64,000 nucleotides of DNA, taken from positions 68,716 through 132,715 of the forward strand of contig JBDGRK010000005.1 of the NCBI GenBank assembly GCA_042218075.1, in the 5' to 3' direction. Shown piece by piece: positions 29,568-39,812 of this stretch (positions are counted from its first letter, which is position 1; each line of letters opens with the position of its first letter). The position numbers and the translations under genes are program-made. Origin of the DNA: Candidatus Nanohaloarchaea archaeon. GTDB taxonomy: Archaea > Nanohalarchaeota > Nanosalinia > Nanosalinales > Nanosalinaceae. The notes below the pieces were generated by a model. It was not told the origin of the DNA. It ran no database searches and saw nothing but the letters and a program-made list of their open reading frames with translations.

Positions 29568-30331
29568 TGGTGACCGCTACTCTACCTACACTGACCGCTG
29601 TGATTATCACCGCTGCAGTCGACTCGGTAAACCCCTGCGCTATAGGTGTGGCTCTGCTGCTGGTCGCGACACTGGTCAAGCAGGACAGGAGGGGCGACAT
29701 ACTGAAGGTCGGATTGATCTACGTTACTTTCGTCTACCTCACATACTTCACGGCAGGACTTGGAATACTGTTCGGGCTGACATCGATACCCACACAGGTC
29801 GCCAACTACATAACCGTATTCGTATCGCTCATAGTCATAGCGGGAGGTTTACTGGAGATCAAGGACTTCTTCTGGTACGGAGAAGGATCCTCTCTCATGA
29901 TACCGGAGAAGTACTCGGAAAAGATTGCGGAGAAGATGGAGAATATAACGACTCCCGCGGCTGTACTGCTCGGAATCTTCGTGGCGGCGGTGGAACTACC
30001 CTGCACAGGAGGCCCATATCTGGCGATACTGACAGTTGTTCACCAGGCTCTCGTGCAGCCGGCGACCGCCTCAACAGCGGTGATGGTGAACATATTCGGC
30101 TTCAATCTGCCCCTGACAGCTCTGCTGATGATGGCGCTATACAACCTGATCTTCGTGATGCCGCTGATAATCATAGTACTGATGTCATACTTCGGGTCGA
30201 AGAAAGTCCAGGAGATGAAAAAGTGGAAGCACATGAACAGGGCCAGGATGAGATTGGCGGCGGGACTGCTGATGATCTACCTCGGCTGGATCCTGCTTCT
30301 CCTGGCGACCGGGATCGTGAGGCTTGGATAG
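29567..30331 (+). CDS. CcdA/DsbD-like (cytochrome c biogenesis-type) membrane protein
   Basis: DSVNPCA and ELPCTGGPY intramembrane Cys motifs, multiple TM helices. Confidence 0.8.
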   Translation: MVTATLPTLTAVIITAAVDSVNPCAIGVALLLVATLVKQDRRGDILKVGLIYVTFVYLTYFTAGLGILFGLTSIPTQVANYITVFVSLIVIAGGLLEIKDFFWYGEGSSLMIPEKYSEKIAEKMENITTPAAVLLGIFVAAVELPCTGGPYLAILTVVHQALVQPATASTAVMVNIFGFNLPLTALLMMALYNLIFVMPLIIIVLMSYFGSKKVQEMKKWKHMNRARMRLAAGLLMIYLGWILLLLATGIVRLG

Positions 30332-30332
30332 C

Positions 30333-30608
30333 ATGGGAAAGATCGTGAAGAGTCAAGGAGAGAAAGAAGAGTTCGACGAGGGAAAGCTGTGGCACTCGAT
30401 TTACTATCCCGCGAGAGAAGCACACTACACGGAGGAAGAGGCTGTAGAGCTGGCGGATGATGCAAAGCAGGAAGTTATGGGATGGATGGACGAACATGAG
30501 GACGATGTACTGACCTCTAAAGAGCTGAGGCAGAAAATATCTGAAATACTGTCGCGCAAGGACGAGGATGTGGAGTTCCTCTACAGGAAGCACCTGGATC
30601 TCAACTAG
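30333..30608 (+). CDS. Stand-alone ATP-cone domain protein
   Basis: IVKSQGEKEEFDEGKL...LTSKELR ATP-cone pattern. Confidence 0.7.
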   Translation: MGKIVKSQGEKEEFDEGKLWHSIYYPAREAHYTEEEAVELADDAKQEVMGWMDEHEDDVLTSKELRQKISEILSRKDEDVEFLYRKHLDLN

Positions 30609-31132
30609 TCGTATCTCCAGAGGATCACTGCTATAGCCAGGAATGCGGTAAGAGCCATAACAGGCACAGTGATGTATCCGTAGTGGAAAGTGTACTGTGT
30701 CTCGCAGCTCACCTCCATTATCGAGCAGCCCGCTGAGTGGAACTGTTCTATCCTCTGGATTATGGAGTGGTATAGAGCTATAGGTATTCCGATCAGCGCC
30801 AGCGGCATTACGTAGTCCTTCAGGTCATCCTTCCTCAGATATATAGCTGATGCTGAAAGAACCACGATCGGGTACATGAAAATCCTCTGGAACCAGCAGA
30901 GGCGACACGGAGTCCAGCCGAGAACGTTAGAAAGGTAGAGACTTCCTGCTGTCGCTATAGATGCGACAGTCAAGACAATATAGTATTTCCGATCCGAAAT
31001 AAACCCATCAGCAGGCTCCAGGAACTCTAGCTCTTTGCCCATTTTCCTCGCTAAAAATACGATCAATGCAGCTATCAATCCCAGATCCAGTAGAAAAACA
31101 GTGGTAGCTAACGCAGAGGTAACCACTCCCAT
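30605..31132 (-). CDS. Disulfide bond formation protein DsbB/BdbC family
   Basis: PCRLCWFQRIFMYP plus a second Cys pair; 4-5 TM helices. Confidence 0.9.
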   Translation of the reverse strand: MGVVTSALATTVFLLDLGLIAALIVFLARKMGKELEFLEPADGFISDRKYYIVLTVASIATAGSLYLSNVLGWTPCRLCWFQRIFMYPIVVLSASAIYLRKDDLKDYVMPLALIGIPIALYHSIIQRIEQFHSAGCSIMEVSCETQYTFHYGYITVPVMALTAFLAIAVILWRYD

Positions 31133-31184
31133 GGGAGAAAGATGGTAGGTTTAAAATAAAAACCTGTCTACACCAGAATCCCAC

Positions 31185-31997
31185 ATGGTCGACTGCAAAT
31201 ACTGTGAAGAAGAGTTCGATTCTGAAAGAGAGATGCACATCCACTGGGGAGAAGAGCACGAGGACGAGCTCAACTCACACGACGAAGAGAAAGTGAAGAA
31301 GGCGGAGAGAAAGAAGGAGGAGGAAAAGCAGAAGAAGATGTCGAGAAGGAAGAAGCTTGCTGGACAGGGACTCGCTTTAGGGGGAGCGCTGGTGCTAGTC
31401 GCGGTACTGGGATACCAGGCGCTTGGAGCTTTCGGCGGATCAACAGGGTCAGGTAATGCAGAGTTCGAGCTCAAGGGAGAACCCATGCTCGGAAATCCTG
31501 GAGCCAATGTTACAGTGGTCGAGTTCGGAGACTACAAGTGTCCGTTCTGCAGGGACTTCGAGGCAAACCACTTCCAGAGGCTGGAGAAGAATTACATCGA
31601 AAAAGGCAAGGTTAAGTTCTACTTCATGAATTACGCTTTCCTAGGCCAGAGCTCAACCAGGGCGGCGGTAGCGGCCGAGTGCGTCCTGAGGCAGAACGAA
31701 TCCCAGTTCTGGAAATTCCACAAGGCTATATACCAGAACCAGGGGCCGGAATCCCAGGACTGGGCGACTCAGAGCGTGCTCATGAACATTGCCAGACAGA
31801 ACACCCAGGGACTTGACTATCAGAAGCTCAGGAGCTGTATTTCCAATCGGAAAACCATCAACGAGGTTCAGTCCGACAGGAGTCAGGGAGCCGAAAATGG
31901 AGTTTCGGGAACGCCCAAGATATTTGTCAATGGAAGGAAACTTCCGGGATACGAGTACTCGACGATCAAGGCAGCAATAGAGCAGGAGCTGCGATGA
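31185..31997 (+). CDS. DsbA/BdbD-family protein with N-terminal C2H2 zinc finger and TM anchor
   Basis: CKYC...HIHWGEEH, TM helix, EFGDYKCPFC, GTP. Confidence 0.88.
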   Translation: MVDCKYCEEEFDSEREMHIHWGEEHEDELNSHDEEKVKKAERKKEEEKQKKMSRRKKLAGQGLALGGALVLVAVLGYQALGAFGGSTGSGNAEFELKGEPMLGNPGANVTVVEFGDYKCPFCRDFEANHFQRLEKNYIEKGKVKFYFMNYAFLGQSSTRAAVAAECVLRQNESQFWKFHKAIYQNQGPESQDWATQSVLMNIARQNTQGLDYQKLRSCISNRKTINEVQSDRSQGAENGVSGTPKIFVNGRKLPGYEYSTIKAAIEQELR

Positions 31998-32653
31998 AAA
32001 GAGAAGACCTCATGGAGCAGTACAGAGAGAGAAGGAAAGAGATAGACTCCCGGCTTGAAGATTTCGAAAAGCTGAGGCAGGCAAGCGACATCAGAATGTT
32101 CAAAGAACTTGTATTTGTGATCCTGACCTCCCAGACAGAGGCAGAGAAAGCATGGGAAGCAACCGGAGAGCTGGATGACAGAGGTCTCCTTGATGAGGGA
32201 GGAGAACAGAGGATTGCAGAAGTTCTGAGAGATCACGATGTCAGCTACGAGGAGAACAAGTCCAGTTACATAGTGGAGAACAGGAAGAAGCTCTCCCAGC
32301 CGACACTGGATGATCCTTCAGGCGAACTCAAGTTGAAAAATAGAATTGATCCGGAGAATCTGGAGAAAACAAGGAAGTGGCTTGTCGACAGTGTATCCGG
32401 AATAAGCTGGAAAGGAGCCTCCCATTTCCTCAGGAATATCGGTTACGGTAACGGTTTTGCGATAATCTCCAGCCACATACTCAAGGTTATGTCGCAGCTC
32501 GACCTGATAGAGAGCCCGAGCGCCCCTGAGAACAGGGAAGAATACATGGAATACGAGGAGAAACTCCGCCGGCTTTCAGAAGAACTTGGAATCGACATCA
32601 AAGCCCTGGATCTTGTCACATGGTCTCTCAGGACAGGAGAGGTTTTCAAGTAG
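31994..32653 (+). CDS. ogg: 8-oxoguanine DNA glycosylase/AP lyase (archaeal Ogg2 type), catalytic Asp apparently replaced
   Basis: ELVFVILT, KGASHFLRNIG, LDL..W..RTGEVFK C-terminus; AIISSH in place of AI(I/L)DRH. Confidence 0.82.
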   Translation: MKREDLMEQYRERRKEIDSRLEDFEKLRQASDIRMFKELVFVILTSQTEAEKAWEATGELDDRGLLDEGGEQRIAEVLRDHDVSYEENKSSYIVENRKKLSQPTLDDPSGELKLKNRIDPENLEKTRKWLVDSVSGISWKGASHFLRNIGYGNGFAIISSHILKVMSQLDLIESPSAPENREEYMEYEEKLRRLSEELGIDIKALDLVTWSLRTGEVFK

Positions 32654-32912
32654 TATACTCTCCAAATACTCCGCCTTCACTCATTCTTTCATCCATAAAT
32701 TGTTGATAAACTTCCTCTACTCTTTCTTCCAACTGGTATCTTCCTACCTCTAACTCAATGCTTTCATAAACGCTTTCCAGATGATCAGCTAATTGATCTT
32801 TGTTGATCTCATCGATATCTTCTGTCATCGAAAGAATCTGTTTTACATCATTCTCAATAAATTCTTCGACCTTTTCTCTTTTTCTCTCGCGATCTTCAAT
32901 TGCAATTGCCAT
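32646..32912 (-). CDS. Hypothetical protein
   Basis: 88-aa acidic ORF. Confidence 0.6.
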   Translation of the reverse strand: MAIAIEDRERKREKVEEFIENDVKQILSMTEDIDEINKDQLADHLESVYESIELEVGRYQLEERVEEVYQQFMDERMSEGGVFGEYTT

Positions 32913-32954
32913 AGCATTCTAACTGAACGAGTCAAAACTTTATAAACACTTCAA

Positions 32955-33137
32955 CTATGTCAGGTCGCTCATCCTGAGGAGTCCAAACGTGGTAAGTATC
33001 ACACCCAGCAGGGCTCCAAACAGCTCGTAAAGGTAGAATGTTGAGGGAGATTCCAGGGTATAAATTCCTACTCCCGCAGATGCAAGCAGCAGGGATTCCA
33101 GTGAAAGAGCCGCGAGAAGCAGTTTTCTAGTCTCCAC
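32955..33137 (-). CDS. Small two-TM membrane protein
   Basis: 60-aa hydrophobic ORF. Confidence 0.5.
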   Translation of the reverse strand: METRKLLLAALSLESLLLASAGVGIYTLESPSTFYLYELFGALLGVILTTFGLLRMSDLT

Positions 33138-33168
33138 GCCATGTTATTAAATCCGGCTTTTTGTAAAA

Positions 33169-34440
33169 TTAGGCAAAGTCGTACTGGAAGTAGGTGAACC
33201 TGACATAGAGGTAGAAGAAGTAAAGTACTACCAGAAGAAGTGCCCCAGCGATCGAAATGACCCTGTTCTCCGTGGCTTCCAGTCTCTCCGCCACCGAACC
33301 TACTCCAGCATACCTGAAAGGTTTTGCAAGCGCATTGCCGATGTCTTCCTTCGAAAACATATAGAGCAGAAGTATGCCCGCAGTCACTGTCTCAACCGGC
33401 AGATCCCAGAGAACCAGCGGTCTCGGAACAGCATAGGTTGAAATTACAGCCCCGGATCCTATAGCCAGCAGAGGATTCGTTATATTGCTCCCGATCAAGG
33501 TTCCGAGAGAAACACCTTCGCTGCCATGCCTGAGGCCTGTTATAGCGGTTATCATCTCAGGGAACGCTGAAACTATTCCAACCGAGGCAACACCTATCAT
33601 CGACTCCGATAGTCCTGTCTTCGCGACAGCGACCTCGACCACTCTCAGGAAAACCTCCGCAGATCCCAGGACCAGCGCCATCGCCCCCAGGCCAATCGCA
33701 AGATCGAACCACGGTCTACTCGAAGGCTCAACGTCTCCCTGTTCCGCCAGTTCCTCTCCTCTAGTCGTGTAAAGGTAATACATGTAGGCCGCGAAACTTC
33801 CGACAAGTACAATCCCATCCAGTCTCGTCAGGGTTCCCGAAACCGCCAGAGAACCGCCCGATAAAAAGTTCAGTACTCCTTTCCAGTTTAGAGCCAGAAT
33901 CATGGTCATGAGTGTAGTTCCCATCATCGGAGCGTAATCCCTGATCAGGAACTTCCTTGAGAACCGGAAGCTGTGCCTGTCAGCCAGGAGAGCGGAGGAG
34001 AAAATGACCAATCCCAGAACGAGGGTCTGCTGTACGACATCGCTACCAATGTTGGCTCCGAGGACTGCACCTGACTTTCCTCTAAAAGTTTCAGTCGAAG
34101 CAGATGCTGTCTCCGCACCCATCCTCCCAGCCTCCACCAGAGAATTAAGCGCCGCGGAGTGGCTCTCAAGTAAAACCGTGGAAAGATCAAGCGAGAATAG
34201 TTCAAGAGGTAGTGTTGAGCTCATAAGTATCTTTACAGAGCCTATAAGATGGAGTGCAAGCTCAGGAAGTGAAGTGCCTACCGCCACAATAGTCATCGCT
34301 ATAACCACCTCAGAAACACCGAAGTGCTTCGCCACTCCTTCCATCTTTGAAACCACAATTTCAGCGCCGAAGACAAGAGTGATAATCGAGAGAATACCGA
34401 TGACGGCTGTTGCCGCTACACCGGTAAAGCCAAGGACCAT
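33169..34440 (-). CDS. Na+/Ca2+ antiporter (CaCA, YrbG-like)
   Basis: Alpha-repeat motifs GTSLPE and SAFPE, GSNITN. Confidence 0.87.
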   Translation of the reverse strand: MVLGFTGVAATAVIGILSIITLVFGAEIVVSKMEGVAKHFGVSEVVIAMTIVAVGTSLPELALHLIGSVKILMSSTLPLELFSLDLSTVLLESHSAALNSLVEAGRMGAETASASTETFRGKSGAVLGANIGSDVVQQTLVLGLVIFSSALLADRHSFRFSRKFLIRDYAPMMGTTLMTMILALNWKGVLNFLSGGSLAVSGTLTRLDGIVLVGSFAAYMYYLYTTRGEELAEQGDVEPSSRPWFDLAIGLGAMALVLGSAEVFLRVVEVAVAKTGLSESMIGVASVGIVSAFPEMITAITGLRHGSEGVSLGTLIGSNITNPLLAIGSGAVISTYAVPRPLVLWDLPVETVTAGILLLYMFSKEDIGNALAKPFRYAGVGSVAERLEATENRVISIAGALLLVVLYFFYLYVRFTYFQYDFA

Positions 34441-34473
34441 ATCCAAATTAAATAAAAAACGGCTTAAAACTCT

Positions 34474-36879
34474 TTAGCCAAACTTGTCAAGTCCGCTCTG
34501 CTTTCCCTCTCCTTTCAGCTGTCCCTCTGTGTAGTCGAATACTTTCAGCACTCTAAGTGTGGCGGGAAGAACCTGGTTCTCTATGTAGTAGTCAGAGTCG
34601 TAATCCTCCGCGTACTTCAGTATCTCGGCTCGTGAGGAAATGCTTCCCCCTCCCCGCGTAATCACGTAGGCAATTGTCTCACCAGGTGAAATTTCATCAC
34701 CTCTATCGATAGCTTTCTTCGCCGCCTCGACATGCGGTGCTGTGGATTCATAGTTCTCCGGCTTCTTCTTCATCTGGGTGTAAATTCGCAGCTTCTCCAC
34801 CGGTATCTCTCCCTGTCTCAGCTTCTCTACAGTCTGCTTAACTATCTCAGCCGCCTCTTCTACTTCATTTTCCAGTACCTTCCTCAGCACCTTCTTCTGC
34901 GTGTCCTTAGCCACAGGACTCCAGTCCCTCCTCACTTGCTCGAAGCCGGTTATCTTCATTTCTCCATCAGGTGAGATCAGCGCGTACTTCTTCTTCGCTC
35001 CCTCCCCGGAATCGGTCGAGGTGAAGAAACCTCTCCTGAAGAATCCCTCGAACTCAAGCTGCATGAACTCGGGTAGATCCGAATTCACTTTCTCCAGGAA
35101 TTCATCGATCCTTTCCCGGATATTTTCTCCCTTCAGGAACACCGAATCAGTGTCGCCATAGCTCACCTCGAAGCCCATCTCCTCAGCTGTCTCGATCGAA
35201 TCCTGTATATACTCTCTGCCGAGGTAGGTGGTGGCCTCCGCGCTCTCCCTGGAATACCATCGAGCACCGTTGTATCCGAGGTAGCCGTAGAAGCTATTTG
35301 CAAGTATTTTTTCAGCCTGTTGGCGGTTGTCGAGAGACTCGTATTTGGGGTCATCTTTATCCAGATTTTTCATCTCCTGCTTTATCTTTGAACGATCCTC
35401 GACAAGTGATTCCACCAGCTCCGGGAAGAAACCCTGCTGATCCTGGCAGAAGTCGTAGCCGAACTCTTCCACCTCAAATCTTTCATCACAGCCTTCGAGA
35501 TTCAGTGTGTCGGGAGATATATTGTGTGCCACCATTACGGTAGGATACAGAGACTTGTAGTCGAAAAGGGCTACATTTTCGTGAAGTCCCGGCTCAGGAG
35601 TGTATACGAATCCGCCGGAATAGGCTCCCTTCCTCCTTCTTTTCTGCTGCTCCTGATGAGAAGGTCGATTCGGAGCCAGCATCTTCCTCTCGTGAGCCTC
35701 TCTCAGCAGGTAGTTTTCAGTAAGCTGTCCGTAGGTCAGGCGGCATGCATCGAAGGGAATAAGTCCGACTATCCTGGATAGCTCCATGACCTGTGGAACG
35801 ATCTCCTCCCCTAGCCTGAATGCCAGTTCTGAGTCTCTAAGAGCGTAGTCTGCGAAGCTCTCAAGATCCTGCTTCTCCCTCCAGGATTCCTTCATATCCT
35901 CCCAGCTCATTTCGTCCTTGTTCTCTCCCAGTAGCTCCTCCGCCACTGAATCAAGGTCCAGGGTCTCGGATTCCAGTCCTGGAGACATGATGTGTGAGAT
36001 GAAAGGATAGAGATCCAGGTGCATCCTGCCCTTCAGCCGCGCACCGGAGAACCTTCCCCTCCTGTTGAATTTCATCCTCTCACCGTTCCTTCCCAGCTTC
36101 AGCTCCAGGCCGTTTTCGTTGGCTCTCCTCCTGAGAACATCGAAATCGTACTCGTCGGTGTTGTAACCTGTCAGGATGTCGATATCTTTTTCCTTCACAA
36201 TCTCGATCAGCCTTTCGATAATCTCCCTCTCCGATTCCACTTTTTCGGCAAAATCTCTATCAATTTTCTCAGTTGAGACCACTTTCTCAAACCCTTCCGA
36301 GTAAAAGGATGCCATTATTATCCTGTCCTGGTAAACTTCAAGGTCAAAAGCCAGTCTGTTCCACTCAGTTTCTCCAGGTTCTATTCCGGTTTCAACTTGC
36401 CTTAATTCGATCTCGACATCCAAGTCCCCGCTCTTCTTTTTCTCACCACTCGCCCTTATCCACTCACCCGGTTTGATACCCTTATCGATGAGATAGCGCT
36501 TGTAGAACGGAATATCGAACTCCCTGCATTCTTTAACTTCATCAAGCTCCTCCACCTCGCCCTTCAGCTTGGGGATTCTCGGAGGAATGTTGGTGTGAAC
36601 TTTCAAAACTTCCTTTTCTTCGTTTTCATCGACCATCCTGATTCTCTGAATTTCCTCGACAGGAAGAGGCTCGCCTTCCTCCTCGAAATTGGAATCCTGC
36701 AGTTCTCCCTTGAGGTTTTCAATCTCTCCCTCCTCTGGAACCGCGTAGAAGTAGGGGAGGAAATTCCTCTCCTCGCTCAGAACGTTTTTCCCTTCCTTTG
36801 ACTTGCCGAAAAGCCGGAGAACCACCTCTCCATCTTCAATACGGTAGTCAGCGTCCACCACCTTCAGTTCCTGCTTCAT
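34474..36879 (-). CDS. polB: Family B DNA polymerase
   Basis: Exo FDLE, DYKSLYP, KILANSFYGY, YGDTDS, KKKYA, VRRDW. Confidence 0.96.
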   Translation of the reverse strand: MKQELKVVDADYRIEDGEVVLRLFGKSKEGKNVLSEERNFLPYFYAVPEEGEIENLKGELQDSNFEEEGEPLPVEEIQRIRMVDENEEKEVLKVHTNIPPRIPKLKGEVEELDEVKECREFDIPFYKRYLIDKGIKPGEWIRASGEKKKSGDLDVEIELRQVETGIEPGETEWNRLAFDLEVYQDRIIMASFYSEGFEKVVSTEKIDRDFAEKVESEREIIERLIEIVKEKDIDILTGYNTDEYDFDVLRRRANENGLELKLGRNGERMKFNRRGRFSGARLKGRMHLDLYPFISHIMSPGLESETLDLDSVAEELLGENKDEMSWEDMKESWREKQDLESFADYALRDSELAFRLGEEIVPQVMELSRIVGLIPFDACRLTYGQLTENYLLREAHERKMLAPNRPSHQEQQKRRRKGAYSGGFVYTPEPGLHENVALFDYKSLYPTVMVAHNISPDTLNLEGCDERFEVEEFGYDFCQDQQGFFPELVESLVEDRSKIKQEMKNLDKDDPKYESLDNRQQAEKILANSFYGYLGYNGARWYSRESAEATTYLGREYIQDSIETAEEMGFEVSYGDTDSVFLKGENIRERIDEFLEKVNSDLPEFMQLEFEGFFRRGFFTSTDSGEGAKKKYALISPDGEMKITGFEQVRRDWSPVAKDTQKKVLRKVLENEVEEAAEIVKQTVEKLRQGEIPVEKLRIYTQMKKKPENYESTAPHVEAAKKAIDRGDEISPGETIAYVITRGGGSISSRAEILKYAEDYDSDYYIENQVLPATLRVLKVFDYTEGQLKGEGKQSGLDKFG

Positions 36880-37032
36880 GTAGATGTATGGGTGCTGGAA
36901 AGTTAAGAATAGGTTGGGAAAGCCCCGATTCCCACAAAAAAAACTAAAGAAGATTATAGATGTTTAGTAACTGTGAAATACTTTCTGGATACTAACAACC
37001 CTGTTGGAGGGGCTCTATTCTACTTTGTAAGA

Positions 37033-37785
37033 ATGGCGGAGATATCGGAAGAATATGTAATCAAGTTCGATACATCTGAACTGCGTTCAAGCTTTGGAGA
37101 TGATTCAAATCTTTACGATATCGTAAATTCCAACCTAGATAGGAAGGCTGGAGGAAGAATTTTTGAAGGAAACAGTCATTTTTCAGGAGATATGCCTGAG
37201 AAAGTCACTAGGTGCCTCTCTGAAAACCAAGATGAAATCAGGTACCTGGATTTGATTGAGGTTATTGAGGGAGATGAGACAGTGTGCAGGATAGAGTTCG
37301 ATGAATATAATGGAGTCTACACTGAATTCAAGATTAACGAAGAACTGGCGGATTTTCACTCGGATTTCCTGGAGGAATTCAATTCAGAACCCGAAAATGT
37401 GGCGCAAATACTTCCAAGGTGGAGGATGAAGTGGGAGTCTCGAGAAACGAAGTATGTGTTCGGGGGGGAGTACCTGAATCCAACCACAATCTGCACGAGG
37501 GAAGATCGCAAATACTTCGACTTAAGGGAAATTAAGGACTTTGAAGAAAATCCTGACGAGTTGATGATCAAGCTGAAGTATCCTATCCACATGAATATCC
37601 TAGGAAACATCTTGAAACCGATAGTATGGCTAATCATAAGGGAATCGGATCTGAGGTGGGACCACAGACCTCAGGAAATTTACTTTGATGAAAGAGAACG
37701 GATGGAGAAATTTTCCGAGATACTTGAGTTGATTAATAATAGGAGGGAAAGATTGGTACTTGAAGAAGAACTTGGCAGGAGTTAA
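37033..37785 (+). CDS. Hypothetical protein
   Basis: Acidic ORF; ATG 37033 preferred to the upstream GTG. Confidence 0.65.
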   Translation: MAEISEEYVIKFDTSELRSSFGDDSNLYDIVNSNLDRKAGGRIFEGNSHFSGDMPEKVTRCLSENQDEIRYLDLIEVIEGDETVCRIEFDEYNGVYTEFKINEELADFHSDFLEEFNSEPENVAQILPRWRMKWESRETKYVFGGEYLNPTTICTREDRKYFDLREIKDFEENPDELMIKLKYPIHMNILGNILKPIVWLIIRESDLRWDHRPQEIYFDERERMEKFSEILELINNRRERLVLEEELGRS

Positions 37786-37823
37786 TCCAATTCAATTAAA
37801 ATCTCCAGTTCAAATCTATTAAC

Positions 37824-38477
37824 ATGAGACTTCTACTCCTGACCGACATTCACGGGCACACCGAGAAGCTGGAGAAAATCGTTAAGAAAGAGGATTTCGA
37901 TGCTATCCTCTGCGCGGGAGACCTATCGGATGCCACCGAATACGACGATTACTCCGGAAAGCTGGAGCAGGTTCTGGAGGCAATGCAGAAGCAGGGCAAC
38001 ATGGCGAAGGCAGTTCCCGGGAACATGGATCCGGAGGAGAAATGCCTGGAACAGCTGATCGAGAGAAGGATGAATATCCACAAGAAGATCGCCAGCTTTG
38101 AAGACTTTGAAGTAGTCGGCTTTGGAGGCGGAATCACACCGTTCGGAACTCCCTTCGAGCCATCTGGGGGAGAGATCAAGAGTGCTCTGGAACAACTCTA
38201 CGGAAGGATGAACACGGAGAGAAAATTCGCGGTTATACACCAGCCACCACACGATACACAGCTCGATCTTGCCGAAGGCAATCACGTGGGAAGCCAGGAA
38301 GTGAGAGACCTGATAGAGAAGAAAGACTTCGAGCTGGTTCTGACTGGACACATCCACGAGGCAAGAGGAAAAGACACTGTAGGAGACACACTGATTGTTA
38401 ACCCGGGGCCTGTACTTGAAGGCTACTATGCGATCCTTGACACATCAGGCAATCTGGAGATGAAGAGCCTGAACTAG
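37824..38477 (+). CDS. Metallophosphoesterase (calcineurin-like)
   Basis: DIHG, GDL, GNMD, HQPP, GHIHE, NPG. Confidence 0.9.
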   Translation: MRLLLLTDIHGHTEKLEKIVKKEDFDAILCAGDLSDATEYDDYSGKLEQVLEAMQKQGNMAKAVPGNMDPEEKCLEQLIERRMNIHKKIASFEDFEVVGFGGGITPFGTPFEPSGGEIKSALEQLYGRMNTERKFAVIHQPPHDTQLDLAEGNHVGSQEVRDLIEKKDFELVLTGHIHEARGKDTVGDTLIVNPGPVLEGYYAILDTSGNLEMKSLN

Positions 38478-38660
38478 CACACCACTCAAATCTCATCTTA
38501 ACCCGGACTCAGCATGCAAAGACAGTCTGTTCGACAGAAACGAACGCAAATAGTTTGATGAAACAAAATAAAGCTGCAGAAGTCAACCTGTTTTTATAAG
38601 GCAGCTAATACAATTTTATTATAGAATAAAAGAACTTTCCATAAAAGGAGGTGAAACGAA

Positions 38661-38858
38661 ATGGCAGAACTACCACTTGCACCGGTGAAGAGAATCATCA
38701 AACAGGCAGGAGCTCACAGAGTTTCCGAAGACGCAGTAGAGGAGCTGAGAGACGAGCTAGAGGACTACGCTGAAGAGAGAGCGAGGGATGCGAAGGAATT
38801 CGCCGAGCACGCTGGAAGGAAAACGGTGCAGGCAGACGACGTAAAAGCATCAAGCTAG
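38661..38858 (+). CDS. Archaeal histone (HMf-like)
   Basis: [18 protein letters not shown]...HAGRKTV..DD; SD GGAGGTGA. Confidence 0.95.
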   Translation: MAELPLAPVKRIIKQAGAHRVSEDAVEELRDELEDYAEERARDAKEFAEHAGRKTVQADDVKASS

Positions 38859-38896
38859 ATGCTTTCTTAACACTATTCCACTATCTTTCTTTTCTT

Positions 38897-39646
38897 ATGA
38901 GGCTGGAAAATAGCTTTATACTGGTTCCCGGAGTAGGAGAGAAGACGGAGAGGAAACTCTGGAAAAACGGAGTAAGACACTGGGATCAAGTTTCCAGCGC
39001 TGAAAAAATAGGCGGACGAAAGAGGAAGAGGATTGAAAGTTTTCTGGAGAAAGCGAGGAAGAACCTTGAGGTTGGAAACAGCTACTTCTTCGGCGACAAG
39101 CTGCCGAACAGTGAGCTATGGAGGGCCTACAGGAATTTCGAGCAGGAAGCGTGTTTTTTCGACATTGAAACTACTGGACTCGACAGGGAGAAGAACAGGG
39201 TCACAACAGTGAGCTTTCACCGCAACGGAGATACTAGAACACTGGTGAGAGGTGAAGATCTCACTTTTGAAAATATCAGACAGGAGATAGAGAGCTCCAG
39301 CATACTGGTATCTTTCAACGGAAAGAGGTTCGACCAGCCATTCCTGGAGCACAACTTTGATCTGGAGATAGAAATTCCACATCTCGACCTGATGTATCCC
39401 TGCAAGAGGCTGGGATTGACAGGAGGTCTCAAGAAGGTCGAGAAAGAACTCGGTATTGGAAGAAATCTCGAGGATATAGATGGAAGAGAAGCAGTAAAGC
39501 TGTGGAAGAGATACGAGAAGGGAGATCAGGAAGCACTCGAAAAGCTGGTTAGGTACAACGGCTATGACGCGGAGAACTTGAGGCAGGTTCTGGAAAACGT
39601 CCACAGAAGGCTTGAGAGCAAGTTTTTCCGGCCTCACGTTGATTGA
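38897..39646 (+). CDS. YprB-like RNase H-fold (DEDD) exonuclease with N-terminal HhH
   Basis: PGVGEKTE, FFDIETTGL, FNGKRFD, HLDL, YN..D. Confidence 0.85.
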   Translation: MRLENSFILVPGVGEKTERKLWKNGVRHWDQVSSAEKIGGRKRKRIESFLEKARKNLEVGNSYFFGDKLPNSELWRAYRNFEQEACFFDIETTGLDREKNRVTTVSFHRNGDTRTLVRGEDLTFENIRQEIESSSILVSFNGKRFDQPFLEHNFDLEIEIPHLDLMYPCKRLGLTGGLKKVEKELGIGRNLEDIDGREAVKLWKRYEKGDQEALEKLVRYNGYDAENLRQVLENVHRRLESKFFRPHVD

Positions 39647-39655
39647 CAGGAAATA

Positions 39656-39663
39656 TTTATAAA
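39656..39663 (+). promoter_or_regulatory. TATA box of the structured-RNA transcription unit
   Basis: TTTATAAA with purine-rich BRE-like upstream sequence, just after the exonuclease stop. Confidence 0.6.
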
Positions 39664-39695
39664 CTTCACTTCACAATAGTTAGGTGAAGATTCAC

Positions 39696-39812
39696 ATGGC
39701 CCTGAATAACCTGAACTGGAACACTAATGTGCATGTGTCTCCGGTGAGCTATAGCTTTGCCAGGGCCAAGGCCAAATACTTCTCCACCAACACCATTAAC
39801 CTGGCAGAGTAG
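39696..39812 (+). CDS. 38-aa small ORF (MALNNLNWNTNVHVSPVSYSFARAKAKYFSTNTINLAE), possible leader peptide
   Basis: ATG preceded by AGGTGA; final codons lie in a 9-bp helix with 39976-39984. Confidence 0.45.
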   Translation: MALNNLNWNTNVHVSPVSYSFARAKAKYFSTNTINLAE

